Shown: positions 10,000 through 21,889 of the stretch, piece after piece
Layout of the letters: each line of letters opens with the position of its first letter
How positions within the stretch are numbered: the stretch's first letter is position 1
Assembly (NCBI GenBank): GCA_051546255.1
Contig: CP128816.1
Span: 1,488,001 to 1,552,000, forward strand
Origin: Meyerozyma guilliermondii
Lineage: Eukaryota
Direction: 5' to 3'
DNA length: 64,000 nt
Notes under the pieces: generated by a model
Seen by the model: the letters and a program-made list of their open reading frames with translations, nothing else
Told to the model about the DNA's origin: nothing
The model's database searches: none
Position numbers and translations under genes: made by a program

Positions 10000-11925
10000 T
10001 TAGATGCTGATCTCTTTGGTTTTGGGCTCGTCATTGCCGTCCTTTAATGGCGAATCATCCTTGTCTTCGTTCGGCCCTTTTCTTCTACCAAGAGTTGGCG
10101 ACGCTTGACTTGTTTCATCGCTGTTTTTCCTCATCGGCGAGGGACCATTGGGGGTACTGAATTGAACGAAGTTCCAGAACGCCGGGGAAGATTGGTTCGT
10201 GTTAGTACCATTGGGGACTCCAAGCCGGTGAGAGTTTGGTTTTGTTCCTCTTTCTGGAGTGAACGCCTCAAGAGGAGTAATCTTCTTTGGACTTGTGAAG
10301 CTCAAACCGAGATCTGAAGTATTTTGAGTGAGTGAAGCTGACATATGATTTGAATTTTGATTGGACTCATTGCTGGAGTTTGGGTAAGACTGATCTTGAA
10401 TTCCATGATTATAGGAGTTCAGCCGCGAATGATGGGCTTGTGGGGCGGAAGATACCGCTCCAGTGGTGGAAGGTAACGGAGGAGGAAGATTAAACACGTT
10501 ATTATTTCCTGCTCTTGGAGTGTTACCAAACTCCCCTAACTGCCTGATCGGTGACGATAATTCAGACTTCACACCGAAGTTTTGCTGGGAAGGAAAACTT
10601 TGATTTGTCGCACCATAGAACATCTGTTGTGACTGGTCAGGTTGGTAAGGAACCGCGTTGTTGTTTGTGTAGTTTGCTTGTTGTGGCATGTAATTATTAC
10701 CACTCATTGAATACTGCATTGGTTGCCCCAATTTAGGAAGCATCTGTTTGCGGGCAAGATCGGTGTCCATTGACATTGACTTTTGATGTCTAAAAGTGTT
10801 ATCCTTCAGGTGATACCTGTTTGATTCAGGTAATTGTTGATGGGTTGCAAGATGCAATTGTAACTGTCTCAGAACAGAGGATCCACGCCTCGATTTCAGA
10901 AGTGAGCCACTTTGCACTTTGTTCATGAACTCCTCTTTGTAGGATTCACTAATTTGCCATTTCATTCCTTTTCCTGGTTCATTAGGACGTCTGGGGACCT
11001 TCTCAAAAGCTTTATTCAACGAGAGGTTGTGTCTGATTGAGTTTTGCCAACCAGTTTTTGAGTATTTATAGTACGCGTAGTGAGAGGCAATCCAGTTGTA
11101 TATCTCTGCCAATGACATGACTCCATCAGGATTGGACAATATCGCCTGGGTGATCATCGTGGCATAAGAATATGGGGGTTTCATATCTTTGGCCTCTTCT
11201 TTAGAAAGGTCCTGGTCGAGGTTGCTTTGAAGCGAGGTGGCAGAGAGTGCTGAGGGAGATTGAGTCAAATGGGCCTTGTCGAACATTTGAAAGCTTGGAG
11301 CTCTATGATTGACCACTGGAATGGTATGTTGCTGGGGGTAACCAGATTGGTTTGGCTTTGCAACTTTTGCTAAATTAGCCTTATATTTGGCCAAACAAAT
11401 GCTTAACATTTTCTCGCTTATTGTTGGAGGTGAATCAGGTAAGATGAACATCATTTGTGTGCCACCAACATCGATAATGGCACCAGAATGCAAGGGAGTG
11501 GCGTGTGATTCTCCAACAGGGATCTTGGTACCGTCTATACGAGCACCATTGCGTCCTAATACCTTTAGTTCCCAGCACCTCAGTTCCAAATTATAGGTGA
11601 TGTTCGCATGGTTTCGTGACACCACTTTTGCTGGACCTAAATCGATATCAATTGTCGACTGGTTGGTCGATGCACCCTCAGTATTTCTTCCTATGCTAAC
11701 GGCTAAAGATTTAACATAGAATGTCCAATCACATCCTGCAATCTTTGCGTATGCTTGTACTTCCGTGGCGGTGTTTTTGACATTGGAATAGTTCTGCGAA
11801 ACGTAGGTTTTTTCTTCAGGAGTTTGAAGAGTCGATATCACGGCATTGATCAAATCTGCTGGATCGTCGAATTGCGGTCTGTCATCGTTGGAACCTCTTT
11901 TTTCAGGAGAAGATGCTTCTGACAT
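10000..11925 (-). CDS. FKH2: Forkhead transcription factor with FHA and forkhead domains
   Basis: FHA region ([13 protein letters not shown]...IGRN...VSRNHA) and forkhead domain (KPPYSYA...[20 protein letters not shown]). The first in-frame ATG is at 11925; the track's start is TTG. Confidence 0.92.
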   Translation of the reverse strand: MSEASSPEKRGSNDDRPQFDDPADLINAVISTLQTPEEKTYVSQNYSNVKNTATEVQAYAKIAGCDWTFYVKSLAVSIGRNTEGASTNQSTIDIDLGPAKVVSRNHANITYNLELRCWELKVLGRNGARIDGTKIPVGESHATPLHSGAIIDVGGTQMMFILPDSPPTISEKMLSICLAKYKANLAKVAKPNQSGYPQQHTIPVVNHRAPSFQMFDKAHLTQSPSALSATSLQSNLDQDLSKEEAKDMKPPYSYATMITQAILSNPDGVMSLAEIYNWIASHYAYYKYSKTGWQNSIRHNLSLNKAFEKVPRRPNEPGKGMKWQISESYKEEFMNKVQSGSLLKSRRGSSVLRQLQLHLATHQQLPESNRYHLKDNTFRHQKSMSMDTDLARKQMLPKLGQPMQYSMSGNNYMPQQANYTNNNAVPYQPDQSQQMFYGATNQSFPSQQNFGVKSELSSPIRQLGEFGNTPRAGNNNVFNLPPPLPSTTGAVSSAPQAHHSRLNSYNHGIQDQSYPNSSNESNQNSNHMSASLTQNTSDLGLSFTSPKKITPLEAFTPERGTKPNSHRLGVPNGTNTNQSSPAFWNFVQFSTPNGPSPMRKNSDETSQASPTLGRRKGPNEDKDDSPLKDGNDEPKTKEISI

Positions 11926-12577
11926 GACGGATGAAGATGGCGCCAATAATTGATCAGCTGTTTTTTTTAGATCCAAAAACTAGCAAGGGGTCCTCTTGTC
12001 CGAAAAGGCAACTAATTACAGTGTGTCAGAGCTATAATTGTTGCTTAAAGCCACTTTTTGGCTGCTAGAAGAGTAGCGAAAATTGACGGGAAAACTACTA
12101 CTCGAGTATGTTACCTGAGAAGCAAATTTGATGTCCAAAAAGACACTTTATCAGTAGGAATACCTTTTAAAGTCCTCCACACTTCTTCCCTAATCTGTTA
12201 ACCAGATCGATATTTAAGAACGTCTGTTTACGTATTTATGTTTTGGTTTCATTGCTCGAAATTTTTTGACGACTATGTGCAGGATAACACCGAGCTACGC
12301 ATTTAGAATAGAGGATAGGAAAGGCTCTAGGGGTGAAAGAAGTGTTAAACCAGCTCATAATGAATAATTGTAGTTGTAGAGGTGACTGTGCTTTGTGCAA
12401 GCATTAATTTTTTATATTATTAAGGTGCTCGTATCACTCGGATGAAAATGCGGAGAATGCATGGAATCCTTATAGAAGCTAAAAAAAGCCTTATAGAAGC
12501 CTAAAGGAGCCCTATAGTTGGAATATATACAATTCGGCCCACTCTTGTTTGATGACCAAGATATCCTTAACGCAATT

Positions 12578-13849
12578 TCATGCTCCATATTTGCGTCTGT
12601 AATCGACGGGGATAACAAATGCCTCCTGTATCGTGAACCCACGGGCATCCACCAATTCCTTCAGCAAGACGTCGACTTGTAGATCTTCTTCCTGAAGCCT
12701 TTTCTTGTTGAGTAGATCGTCGTCGATGATATCGAACTCATCTTCTTTTTCTTCGTACTCGATGTTCTCTTCTATCTCCACGAAATCCGGTGCTAAAGCA
12801 CTCCATTTCTGTGGGAATGGCACCAGCCACAAGTAGATAGTACCGCTATCAAGTCCCGTGGAACCAATTATACAGCGAGGGTAATTCCACTTGAGATCCA
12901 CCAACTCTTCCGAACTCCCCTCCAAGATCTTAATGAGCGATCCGAGAGAAGTCTCCCAAACGTACAAGTCTTGGGACAGTTGACCGAATGTAGAAGCACA
13001 TAAGAAGTCGCCGTTGTGGTTGAATGCCACAGTATTCCATTGGAGCCGATTGACTACATCCTGGTACTTGTGTTCAACCTCGAACTCCCATTCTTCTGGT
13101 GCCGTATTGATGAAATCGGAAAGGTTTATTTGGCGTATGATTCTGTCTGAAGCATTGACAGCGAGCTTGCGGCCGTTTGGTGATATAACGACGTTTTTGA
13201 TATTAGCATTTGCAACCTTTACGGAGTGCACTTTGTTTAGGGTGGACAAGTCAAAAATGTTGATCCAGCCCTTTGACGTTCCTGCAAAGATATAAGACCC
13301 TTCTTCGTCTGGTGTAAATACCGAAGTGAGGGTCAAATGTTTGTCTTTTGAGTCTTCTTGTCCCTTAGGATGAGCAGATAAACGGGAGATCTTGATATCA
13401 TCAGTCATGTCCACAACAGCAGCACTGTCTTCAAACAACGAAGCCACGAACAAAAACGGGTTTTTGGGATGAAGTACTGCACTCCACACGGGTCCATCGA
13501 ACGTAACAGTTCTTATAACTGGATCAATGTCGTCACCTTGATTCACCATTGATAAGTCCCAGAGCTTGATTGTCCAATCTTGTGACGTTGACAACAAGTA
13601 GCGACCACAGCGAGACCAGCTGAGTGAGGTGATCGGTCGTAGATGGCCATTGCGATATAAATGTGTTATTATACCTCCGTTGCATACCAAGTCGTAAATC
13701 ACGATCGAGCCATCGGCAAGCCCCAGAGCCAAATAGTCACCTTTGTGACTAAATTGAATCACTACAGAATGCCCATATGCCAAGGATTGTGTGAGTGATT
13801 CGGGGTACTCTTTCGCCACAGCAAAGGGGTCCAGAAGCGATAAGTTCAT
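12578..13849 (-). CDS. SWD1: COMPASS/Set1C WD40 subunit Swd1 (RBBP5)
   Basis: Begins MNLSLLDPFAVAKEYPE, has WD repeats and the motif QKWSALAPDFVEIEENIEYEEKEDEFD. ATG at 13849. Confidence 0.95.
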   Translation of the reverse strand: MNLSLLDPFAVAKEYPESLTQSLAYGHSVVIQFSHKGDYLALGLADGSIVIYDLVCNGGIITHLYRNGHLRPITSLSWSRCGRYLLSTSQDWTIKLWDLSMVNQGDDIDPVIRTVTFDGPVWSAVLHPKNPFLFVASLFEDSAAVVDMTDDIKISRLSAHPKGQEDSKDKHLTLTSVFTPDEEGSYIFAGTSKGWINIFDLSTLNKVHSVKVANANIKNVVISPNGRKLAVNASDRIIRQINLSDFINTAPEEWEFEVEHKYQDVVNRLQWNTVAFNHNGDFLCASTFGQLSQDLYVWETSLGSLIKILEGSSEELVDLKWNYPRCIIGSTGLDSGTIYLWLVPFPQKWSALAPDFVEIEENIEYEEKEDEFDIIDDDLLNKKRLQEEDLQVDVLLKELVDARGFTIQEAFVIPVDYRRKYGA

Positions 13850-14139
13850 ACGCTCTTTACTCTGCAAGAAATAATGTTTATCGGAGCGAGGACTTGTATG
13901 CACTACCACTCAAATCGAGACCTCACTTGACTTCAAGTGGACCCAGCAGCACTTGATGCTGATGACAATTGATATCAATCTTTCCAGCTTTTAGTACAAT
14001 TCTTACCCCCCAGACTGTTTATATCTCACCAGGCTCCTTATAACTACAAGCAGTCTAACTTACAAGCTGCTTCAAACTACACATAGAGTAATCCAACTTA
14101 CTACATTCAATTGGTGCTCCACATCGATTGTCTAAGCCC

Positions 14140-17100
14140 ATGTTGAGTCGTCTGGAAACCCCCGTGTCTCGAATATCGGTAGATCTGCAGCAGGGGAGCA
14201 TCATAAAGAAACATTTTGACGATCGGGCTCAAACTTGGCTCAGTATATCTAAAGTCCTCGACAAGGAAAGTTCAAGAAGTCAGCTACTGAATGCCATATT
14301 AACGTCTGGTGAGGAGGTTCCGTATGAAGTTGTATGGAAACAGTCCAAGGTCTCGGAAGCTCTACATTCAGATGAATTCAAGTCGAATTATGGCTCTGCA
14401 ACTGTACTAGCAGCCACCAGCACCTTTATCGCAGTTGGAACTTCATCTGGAATTGTTGTGGGTTTCAATTACCACCAGGAAATATCATTTGTAACTGACT
14501 TGGCTACTAACTCTTCCACGACGAACTCAAATGTGCCCGACGTTTCTCCTATCACCTGCTTGGCGTTTTCTTCATCTTCGCTGTCAGTAGCTGCTGGCTA
14601 TCAAAATGGAAGCATAAGAATATGGGAAATTCCCATTGCTGCCAGCGAAATAGACCCACTGCATCCAATTGAACTAATCCACATAATAAACCCAGTCTCC
14701 CTTGAAGATAGGTTCACCATGAACAGGCTGGGACACTTGAGTTTACCGATCACCTCGATTCTGTTTGTATCCACCCTGAACACCCAGTTGGTGGCTTCTG
14801 ACGTATCTGGTCTCGTGTTTTATCACCATCTATTCAAAAGACTTATGAAACGAGGTGTGACATCTATAAAGCTCTTTGGGCGAAACGATGCAAATATCAT
14901 ATCTGAGAGTGGAAAATTCGTCATTTACGGCTGCGAACAACTTCCACTTGGCTCTGAATACCTGATAACCGATGACCTCGCCGTGTTTGCCGTCATAACA
15001 TCATCAATGTTGGCTATTGTATCCATCTTGTCTTTAAACAATAGCTCAGACCTAAAAGTCAAGACTCATTACACCGTTGGTCGAGCCACCGAGGTAGTAA
15101 GAGCGGTGAATGGTAGTAATTCAAATGGTAACCATGAAAATGGCACCGATTCAAATTCTGGAATCACATCACCGACTCCCGTTCGAGAGTCTTCTGTAAG
15201 GCTGTCCTCGTTGAATTGGGTGCCTGGTCGTAAAGTAGCCAATGGTTCATGGGAAGGTGCCAAGTTAATTTACACATACAACCGAACCCTCACCATTCTT
15301 CAACTAGACACCACTAATTTGAAAGAAATGGCACTGGCACTTGCAAACGTCAAAGATAAGGACAAACTAATCCCATCTCTTCAATTTGAACGAGTGTGTC
15401 GATGGAAATATTCTGATGATATTTCTGCGGTGAGATGGCTCTCATCTGATGTTTTCATGTTATTTGCTCCTTCAAAGTTTTCTGTGTGTCACTATGATAC
15501 GGTTCGAGGAAAGGTGACGGAGTTCTGTGGACTGCCACCACCTTTTGATGTACAACCTCTTGAACTTGTTCATTCTTCTCGTGACCAAGAATTTACAGCA
15601 TCGACTATAGATTCCTCCATAGTCATGGTGAAGCGGACTATAATGGCACATTCAAGCCTGGGTATTTTCTTTGGCTCTCTACCAAGTTGGGCAGACACTC
15701 TTGTGGGACTTCTCTCCAAACATGCTTACCGCTCGGCATTGTCTGTAGCTTTAAAGTACTTTCTGACTAGTGATCCCAGTGAAATCTCCGTGGCTGGTTT
15801 ACCTTCTGATCAGAAAGCTCGCAAGTCTTTGGTTCGGCCATACATGGTTCGAATACTCAAGGAAGTGGGACTCATTTTCGAAAGGGGCCATTTAAATTCA
15901 CTCTCAGAAACAAAAGATGAAAGTGAACAAGATTTGGCTCTAACCATATTGGTTCTTTGCATACAAACGATAGCGCAATTGCAATATCAAAGCGAGGGTG
16001 AAGACGATTACTCTTCAATTCTCGATACTTTTTACACCTCATTCAACGATGATGCATTATTCTTTGAGACGATAATTCCCTATTGCTTGAATGGAATGAT
16101 ACTGTATCTTCCACCGTTAATCTTGAAACGTTTGGTCGAGTACGCAGTATCTATGAACAAAGGAGATACTTTGACTGAGGTTATTTGCTCTCTCAACATT
16201 CAATCTTTGGACATTGACTTAACTCTTCGCTTGTGTAACCAGCATGGGCTCCGCGACTGCACTATCTACATTTGGAGTTATGTCTTGCAAAATTATGTTT
16301 ATCCACTTATTGAGTTCATCAACGAAATCATAAATGGAGAGACTGAACACTTGGACAAGGCTTTTGCGTACATGTCGTTCATTTTCACCGGCCGCCAATA
16401 CCCCACAGATCGACCCATTGACTATGCGGTGGTTAGTGGTGCACAGGATAATATTGCAAGGTTTCTATTCAGCATCAACCAGCTTCCTGAAATGCCAGTT
16501 GACGATGATACTGTCTTTCCCTATCTCCATACTTTTCTCACATTTGATTCCTTCCAAATGCTATCATGTATCAACGAATTTTTTGAAAGCTCCTACTTGA
16601 ATGAGGATAGCACAACTCATCTTACACGCCAGTACATCGTTGACTGTCTCTTGGATGTGTATCATAGTTCGTCGTCCACCTTCTCTAAACTAGACTGGAC
16701 AAACTTGGCGATATTTGTTGCCAGAAACTATGCCAAGTACTCTCAGTTCATTCGCCTTTCTGAGTCTGTATTGGAAAAAGTTGTTGATGATTTGTGTAGC
16801 TTTTCTAATGACTCGCTGTCATACGACTGTGAATTAGCACTACAGAGCTTGTTACCACACTATGAGCCACCGAACGAGGCTATACTCTTGAGTAAGCTCA
16901 AAAGTGCAAAATTTCATAATGTGTTAATTGGGCTTTACAGAGTCAAAGGCGAGTACGCTCACGCCCTAAATGCTTGGTGTGAGAGCTGGGACCATTCGCA
17001 AGAAGATATGGGCCAGGGTTCTCTTGCAGCTAACTTGGAAACCGCTTATTTGAATTGCACAACCACGTCTGCGAGAATGGATCTAAAAGAAGTGATCAGA

Positions 17101-18177
17101 AAGCATTTTTCACAGTTTATTGAAATTGATAATGTTGAGTTTGTGAGGTTGAATTCCAAGTTTGAGCCGTCTCTACACGACGAATGTATGAAAATGGGTG
17201 ATGGTTTAGCATACTCGTATCTTCGAGAACTCTTTGCTAACAATTGGGAAACACAAGATATTCCTGACATTGGAAAAATGATGACAAGATATACCACTCT
17301 ATTATGCGACAGAGACCCAGACCATGTTCTCGTTTGGGTGAAACAAAATGGAAAATTGTTATTAAAGAAGGGCGAGGTTTCAAAGGTGAAAGGTATACTT
17401 AAACAGCGCAATCAGGTGATGGCACTAGTTGTGTTGCTTCAGAATAAAGAGGACTACAATAGCGCAGTCGACGAGCTTCTTTCGGCTTTCGAAACCGATA
17501 TTGAGTCGCTTCGGCATCATAAATCGACTACGGAGAGCACCGAAGACCGCAAAGAAAAACTTCAACTATTGGCTGCTATCTGTGGTGAGAAAGAGGATCT
17601 TTGGCTTCTGGTTATTGAGCGCTTTATTTCACTCAGCAAGGACATGGCAGATGAATCTGATACAGCGTCTCGAGTGCTTCGTGAATGCATACTCTACTGC
17701 TTTAAGGAAGTAAGTGATGGATCCGTTACGAGAAGTGACGACTCGTTGATAATGAAGGTCTTGCATCGAATGATAGGCACCGAAAGTACTGTGATGTCTC
17801 AGTTTCGCAGTATACTTGGGGACGTTTTCATCTCTTATTCTTATGAGGGAACCATGTCTGAGATTGTGCTTCGAATTGTGAATCAGGATATAAAAAAGCT
17901 GATATTGACCATTCGTCTGAACAACCTTATGGGATGGTCAATAAACTCACGAAATTGTACTTCTTGCGGAAAAGTGCTATGTGGTGGGGTTGAACAAGGT
18001 AATTACGATGCCAATCGAGTACGAGAATATGAGAAATTATGGGGAGGACAAGAAGTCAATTCGTCTTTTTATGGCTTTACAATTGTGCTATTCAATTGTC
18101 AGCATAGCTACCATCTACGCTGTTTAGAAAAGCTTGGGTGGCATAGAAACGAGCCGTGTGTGATATGCAAGCCATGA
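14140..18177 (+). CDS. VPS8: CORVET subunit Vps8
   Basis: N-terminal beta-propeller, Vps8 core (LPPLILKRLV...LDIDLTLRLC..HGL, GRQYP) and C-terminal RING-H2 (C..C...CQHSYH..CL...C..C). Confidence 0.9.
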   Translation: MLSRLETPVSRISVDLQQGSIIKKHFDDRAQTWLSISKVLDKESSRSQLLNAILTSGEEVPYEVVWKQSKVSEALHSDEFKSNYGSATVLAATSTFIAVGTSSGIVVGFNYHQEISFVTDLATNSSTTNSNVPDVSPITCLAFSSSSLSVAAGYQNGSIRIWEIPIAASEIDPLHPIELIHIINPVSLEDRFTMNRLGHLSLPITSILFVSTLNTQLVASDVSGLVFYHHLFKRLMKRGVTSIKLFGRNDANIISESGKFVIYGCEQLPLGSEYLITDDLAVFAVITSSMLAIVSILSLNNSSDLKVKTHYTVGRATEVVRAVNGSNSNGNHENGTDSNSGITSPTPVRESSVRLSSLNWVPGRKVANGSWEGAKLIYTYNRTLTILQLDTTNLKEMALALANVKDKDKLIPSLQFERVCRWKYSDDISAVRWLSSDVFMLFAPSKFSVCHYDTVRGKVTEFCGLPPPFDVQPLELVHSSRDQEFTASTIDSSIVMVKRTIMAHSSLGIFFGSLPSWADTLVGLLSKHAYRSALSVALKYFLTSDPSEISVAGLPSDQKARKSLVRPYMVRILKEVGLIFERGHLNSLSETKDESEQDLALTILVLCIQTIAQLQYQSEGEDDYSSILDTFYTSFNDDALFFETIIPYCLNGMILYLPPLILKRLVEYAVSMNKGDTLTEVICSLNIQSLDIDLTLRLCNQHGLRDCTIYIWSYVLQNYVYPLIEFINEIINGETEHLDKAFAYMSFIFTGRQYPTDRPIDYAVVSGAQDNIARFLFSINQLPEMPVDDDTVFPYLHTFLTFDSFQMLSCINEFFESSYLNEDSTTHLTRQYIVDCLLDVYHSSSSTFSKLDWTNLAIFVARNYAKYSQFIRLSESVLEKVVDDLCSFSNDSLSYDCELALQSLLPHYEPPNEAILLSKLKSAKFHNVLIGLYRVKGEYAHALNAWCESWDHSQEDMGQGSLAANLETAYLNCTTTSARMDLKEVIRKHFSQFIEIDNVEFVRLNSKFEPSLHDECMKMGDGLAYSYLRELFANNWETQDIPDIGKMMTRYTTLLCDRDPDHVLVWVKQNGKLLLKKGEVSKVKGILKQRNQVMALVVLLQNKEDYNSAVDELLSAFETDIESLRHHKSTTESTEDRKEKLQLLAAICGEKEDLWLLVIERFISLSKDMADESDTASRVLRECILYCFKEVSDGSVTRSDDSLIMKVLHRMIGTESTVMSQFRSILGDVFISYSYEGTMSEIVLRIVNQDIKKLILTIRLNNLMGWSINSRNCTSCGKVLCGGVEQGNYDANRVREYEKLWGGQEVNSSFYGFTIVLFNCQHSYHLRCLEKLGWHRNEPCVICKP

Positions 18178-18576
18178 AACCCTGGAGTATTTCACCACTA
18201 ATTCACGATTATTTCGCAGCCAGAACCTAGTTAGGACCAAGCGAGGTGGTTATGCAGGAACAGCACTATCCACATGCGAAGAATAACCTATTTCAGGGCG
18301 CAGCATTTACATATAAACTTTGCAAATATTCAAAATTTGTACGTTTAGCATCATCATCACTGTTCAATCCGCAGTGTCTCTTCTATTTTTGTTTTCCCCT
18401 GCATCGCCAAAAGCCAGTTCGCTGCGGCGCGGAAGACTTTTTCTCAGATTTCCCGATTCGTCGATACAAAACATCTAAATTTGGAACACTGCTTCGCAAT
18501 TGAAACGTTGAGGCAATACTTCCACCTATTTAATATCGCTTTCACCTAAGTTCAGTATCGACGTCAACCTATTACC

Positions 18577-21534
18577 ATGAGTAAGTTGGACTTGTCGGAC
18601 GACGATCTCTTTGAAAATGAGACCCCGAGGGCGTCGGCCACCGGTTCGAGAAACGGCTCTGGCGTAAATTCAAGACACCCTTCGTCAAACAACCCATTCT
18701 TTAATCCACAAATACCGCCGATCCCCATGTATGAATACAACCACGGCCACGGGTATCAGTCTAGTTCGGCATACTCGACTGTGGTAGACGACGACCACGA
18801 CTGGATGGAAAAGGTTGAGGCACTTCCCAAGAGATCAAAGACAGTAGCCTTCAGGGAATCTGTTCCTGAGTTTCCTGCCCACGCCTACAGTCCTCGCAAG
18901 CACGGACCATACGATATGGAGAGGGTGGAAACCTATGAATTGGAAGGTCCCCAGCAATATATGCGTCCTTACTCTCTGGTATTGGCATATACTGGAGATG
19001 ATTATGGAATCAATCCGCTTCAAGATGCTGACGACGACGACGATATGGATCCGTTTGGAGACGACGAGTCACTTTTCTCCGACACTGGCGAGGAATTTGT
19101 AAGAAGAGGAACCACAACTAAGCGAAGTGGTACCCGCAAGAAGAGCATGGACGCTGGCGAGTTTGACGAAGACGACTTCACTCCTCGGCTCAATTACACC
19201 AAAACCATAAAGCGGGCCAAGCTCGTCAATGGAAACTACGTCATAGATGCCCCAGTCCCCAAAGCTTTGTTGGATACTCATGGCAAGAAGATCAGTGAGG
19301 AAGGTGATGAGATGTCCTTCATGAGATACACCGCAGCTACCTGTGGACCTTCCAACTTCGGCGCCTTCAACTATAACTTGAGACAGGCACTTTATACCCC
19401 AAAGCGTGAAACCGAGATCATGGTATGTGTTACCATGTACAACGAAAACGAGATTCTACTTGCTCGTACCCTTAAAGGTATATTCGAGAACATCACCAAC
19501 CTCACAAAGAGATCAGACCCTTGTTGGGGTGACGACTCGTGGAAAAAGGTGGTTATTTGCATAGTGAACGACGGAAGAAAAGAGTTGAATCCTCGTTCTC
19601 AAAAGTTCTTAGCTGCTCTCGGAGTGTACCAAGACGGCTATGCAAAGTCAAAAATTAATGAAAAAGCTGTCAAATCTCACATCTATGAATACACTACCCC
19701 TGTTGGTATTGACATGGTCACTGATAGGGTTTACTTGACTTCCAATTCGACTCCCGTTCAATTGCTCTTTTGTCTTAAGGAAAAAAATGCTAAGAAAATC
19801 AACTCTCATAGATGGTGTTTCCAATCATTTGCACCAATTTTAAACCCCAAGGTTATAATGTTACTTGATTGTGGTACCCGCCCAGCGAAGGATGCGTTTT
19901 ACTATTTATGGAGGGCTTTCCGTGACCCCAATGTGGCTGGTGCTTGTGGAGAAATGAAAGCTGCTTTGGGTAAGGGCAGACGATTATTGCAAAATCCATT
20001 GGTGGCAGCTCAAAACTTTGAGTACAAGATTTCCAACATTCTTGACAAACCCATGGAATCGGTCTTTGGGTTTATTTCGGTGCTTCCTGGTGCCTTTTCA
20101 GCATATAGATGGGAAGCATTGCTCAATGTCGATGGAAAAGGGCCACTTGAAAAGTATTTTAAGGGAGAGTTCTTGCATCAGGATTCTCAAATTGAAGATG
20201 ATGATGATGAAAAGTTATTGAAGGAAAAGAACTATCAAGAGGCAGGAATATTCACATCCAATATGTACTTGGCTGAAGACAGAATTTTGTGTTTCGAGCT
20301 TGTGGCTAAACGAAACCACAATTATATTTTGCGGTATGTCGAAGAAGCCAAAGCAGAAACAGATGTTCCTGAAAGAATTGATGAATTTGTGTTACAAAGA
20401 AGAAGATGGTTGAACGGTTCTCTTTTCGCTGCCGGTTATGCGGTGGTACACTGGACTAAAATCTGGAGATCTAATCACTCTTTGTTGCGGAAACTTTTCC
20501 TCCAACTTGAATTTTACTACCAATTGGTGACCTTGTTGGTTTCGTGGTTTTCGTTAGCATCATTCTTCTTGGTTTTCAGGATTTTGACTGCCAATCTCGG
20601 TGCGAAGGAAATGAACTTTGGCATTGGCAAGTATTTATCGGTGATTTTCTTGTGGTTATACGTTGGATCTGTTGTGTGTACGTTCGTGTTAGCGTTCGGA
20701 AATACCCCTCGAGGCACAAAGAAGTTTTACTCGGTAATTGCGGTGTTGTTTGCAATCATGATGTTGTATATGCTTTTCGCAGCTGTCTTCTTGGCAGTCC
20801 ATACAGTTACATCAGTACTCAAGGCTCATAAGGACGATTTCAAACCAATGATGTTGTTCACAAATTCCAAATTCAGAGACTTGATTGTGTCTACTGGATC
20901 GACTTATGCACTTTACTTTATTGCTTCACTTCTTTATGGAGCACCAAGTTTCATGGTGACGTCTTTCGGCCAATATTTGTTATTATCTCCCACATATGTC
21001 AATGTGTTGAACATCTATGCGTTCAGTAACATTGACGATGTTTCTTGGGGTACAAAAGGTGCACCCGAAGCCAAAAATTTAGGAACCGCAAGATCCACTG
21101 GAGCCAATAAAGACGATATTGTCATGGTGGTACCAGGAGTTGAAGAAGAGCTCAATGAATCCTATATGCAAACCTTGGAGTCTTTGAGAACAGTTCCTCC
21201 TCCAGAGGCAAAGATTAAGAAAGGTAAGGACGATTCTTACTATGCATTTATTAGAACCATGACGGTTTTGGTGTGGATGATTACCAATGCTATTTTAATT
21301 GCTATTGTGCTCGAGGTTGGAGGAGTCAGTATCTTTGACTCCAACAGTAAACAGAATGCTGATGGGTCTGTTGGAGGTAATTCGCAGATTTTCTTAACGA
21401 TTATCTTGTGGATTGTTGCCGGATTAGCAGCCTACAGGTTTATTGGAAGTGTACTCTACTTGTTACTTAAAACAGCCAGACCCTTAAAGTGGAGAATCAA
21501 AGCGAGGAAACAACTCAAGAACGCAACTAGGTAA
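18577..21534 (+). CDS. CHS8: Chitin synthase, class I type (CHS8/CHS2-like)
   Basis: Catalytic motifs TMYNE, KKINSH, LPGAFSAYR, LAEDRIL and QRRRW, plus C-terminal TM helices. The CHS8 name comes from recalled adjacency to PMA1 in Candida. Confidence 0.8.
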   Translation: MSKLDLSDDDLFENETPRASATGSRNGSGVNSRHPSSNNPFFNPQIPPIPMYEYNHGHGYQSSSAYSTVVDDDHDWMEKVEALPKRSKTVAFRESVPEFPAHAYSPRKHGPYDMERVETYELEGPQQYMRPYSLVLAYTGDDYGINPLQDADDDDDMDPFGDDESLFSDTGEEFVRRGTTTKRSGTRKKSMDAGEFDEDDFTPRLNYTKTIKRAKLVNGNYVIDAPVPKALLDTHGKKISEEGDEMSFMRYTAATCGPSNFGAFNYNLRQALYTPKRETEIMVCVTMYNENEILLARTLKGIFENITNLTKRSDPCWGDDSWKKVVICIVNDGRKELNPRSQKFLAALGVYQDGYAKSKINEKAVKSHIYEYTTPVGIDMVTDRVYLTSNSTPVQLLFCLKEKNAKKINSHRWCFQSFAPILNPKVIMLLDCGTRPAKDAFYYLWRAFRDPNVAGACGEMKAALGKGRRLLQNPLVAAQNFEYKISNILDKPMESVFGFISVLPGAFSAYRWEALLNVDGKGPLEKYFKGEFLHQDSQIEDDDDEKLLKEKNYQEAGIFTSNMYLAEDRILCFELVAKRNHNYILRYVEEAKAETDVPERIDEFVLQRRRWLNGSLFAAGYAVVHWTKIWRSNHSLLRKLFLQLEFYYQLVTLLVSWFSLASFFLVFRILTANLGAKEMNFGIGKYLSVIFLWLYVGSVVCTFVLAFGNTPRGTKKFYSVIAVLFAIMMLYMLFAAVFLAVHTVTSVLKAHKDDFKPMMLFTNSKFRDLIVSTGSTYALYFIASLLYGAPSFMVTSFGQYLLLSPTYVNVLNIYAFSNIDDVSWGTKGAPEAKNLGTARSTGANKDDIVMVVPGVEEELNESYMQTLESLRTVPPPEAKIKKGKDDSYYAFIRTMTVLVWMITNAILIAIVLEVGGVSIFDSNSKQNADGSVGGNSQIFLTIILWIVAGLAAYRFIGSVLYLLLKTARPLKWRIKARKQLKNATR

Positions 21535-21869
21535 TGATAGAAATTAACGTTAACGACCAATTTTCCAGTAGTTGCAAAAAATCAGAATTACTCAATTTGG
21601 GTGAGTGTGGCTCGTGCACGTTATATTAGCCAGCCGGCAATTTCAGCCCACAGACAAGATACAGGTTTCGCACCAACGTTTTCCTGATAACAGAGGTGTG
21701 GTTATGAGAAGTTCGCTTACGAAAGGTAAAGCTTTTGTTGAAAGTTGCCCCAAGTAATTAATAAATATTTAACGCTACATAAATCAAACGCAAAACAAAC
21801 TCGCTTGTCCCACATTTGCTCGAAAGATCCACAACGAAAGCTCGCCTAATTTTTCTATTTTCTGTTATC

Positions 21870-21889
21870 GAGGTGCGTCGACGCACCTC
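21870..21889. repeat. Perfect 20-bp palindrome GAGGTGCGTCGACGCACCTC
   Basis: Read directly; the sequence equals its own reverse complement. Confidence 0.9.

Noticed and set aside
1427..21534. Possible GlcNAc/chitin cluster formed by the NGT1-like gene and the chitin synthase
   Set aside because: The genes are about 15 kb apart with unrelated housekeeping genes between them, and no NAG1/DAC1/HXK1 is in the window.
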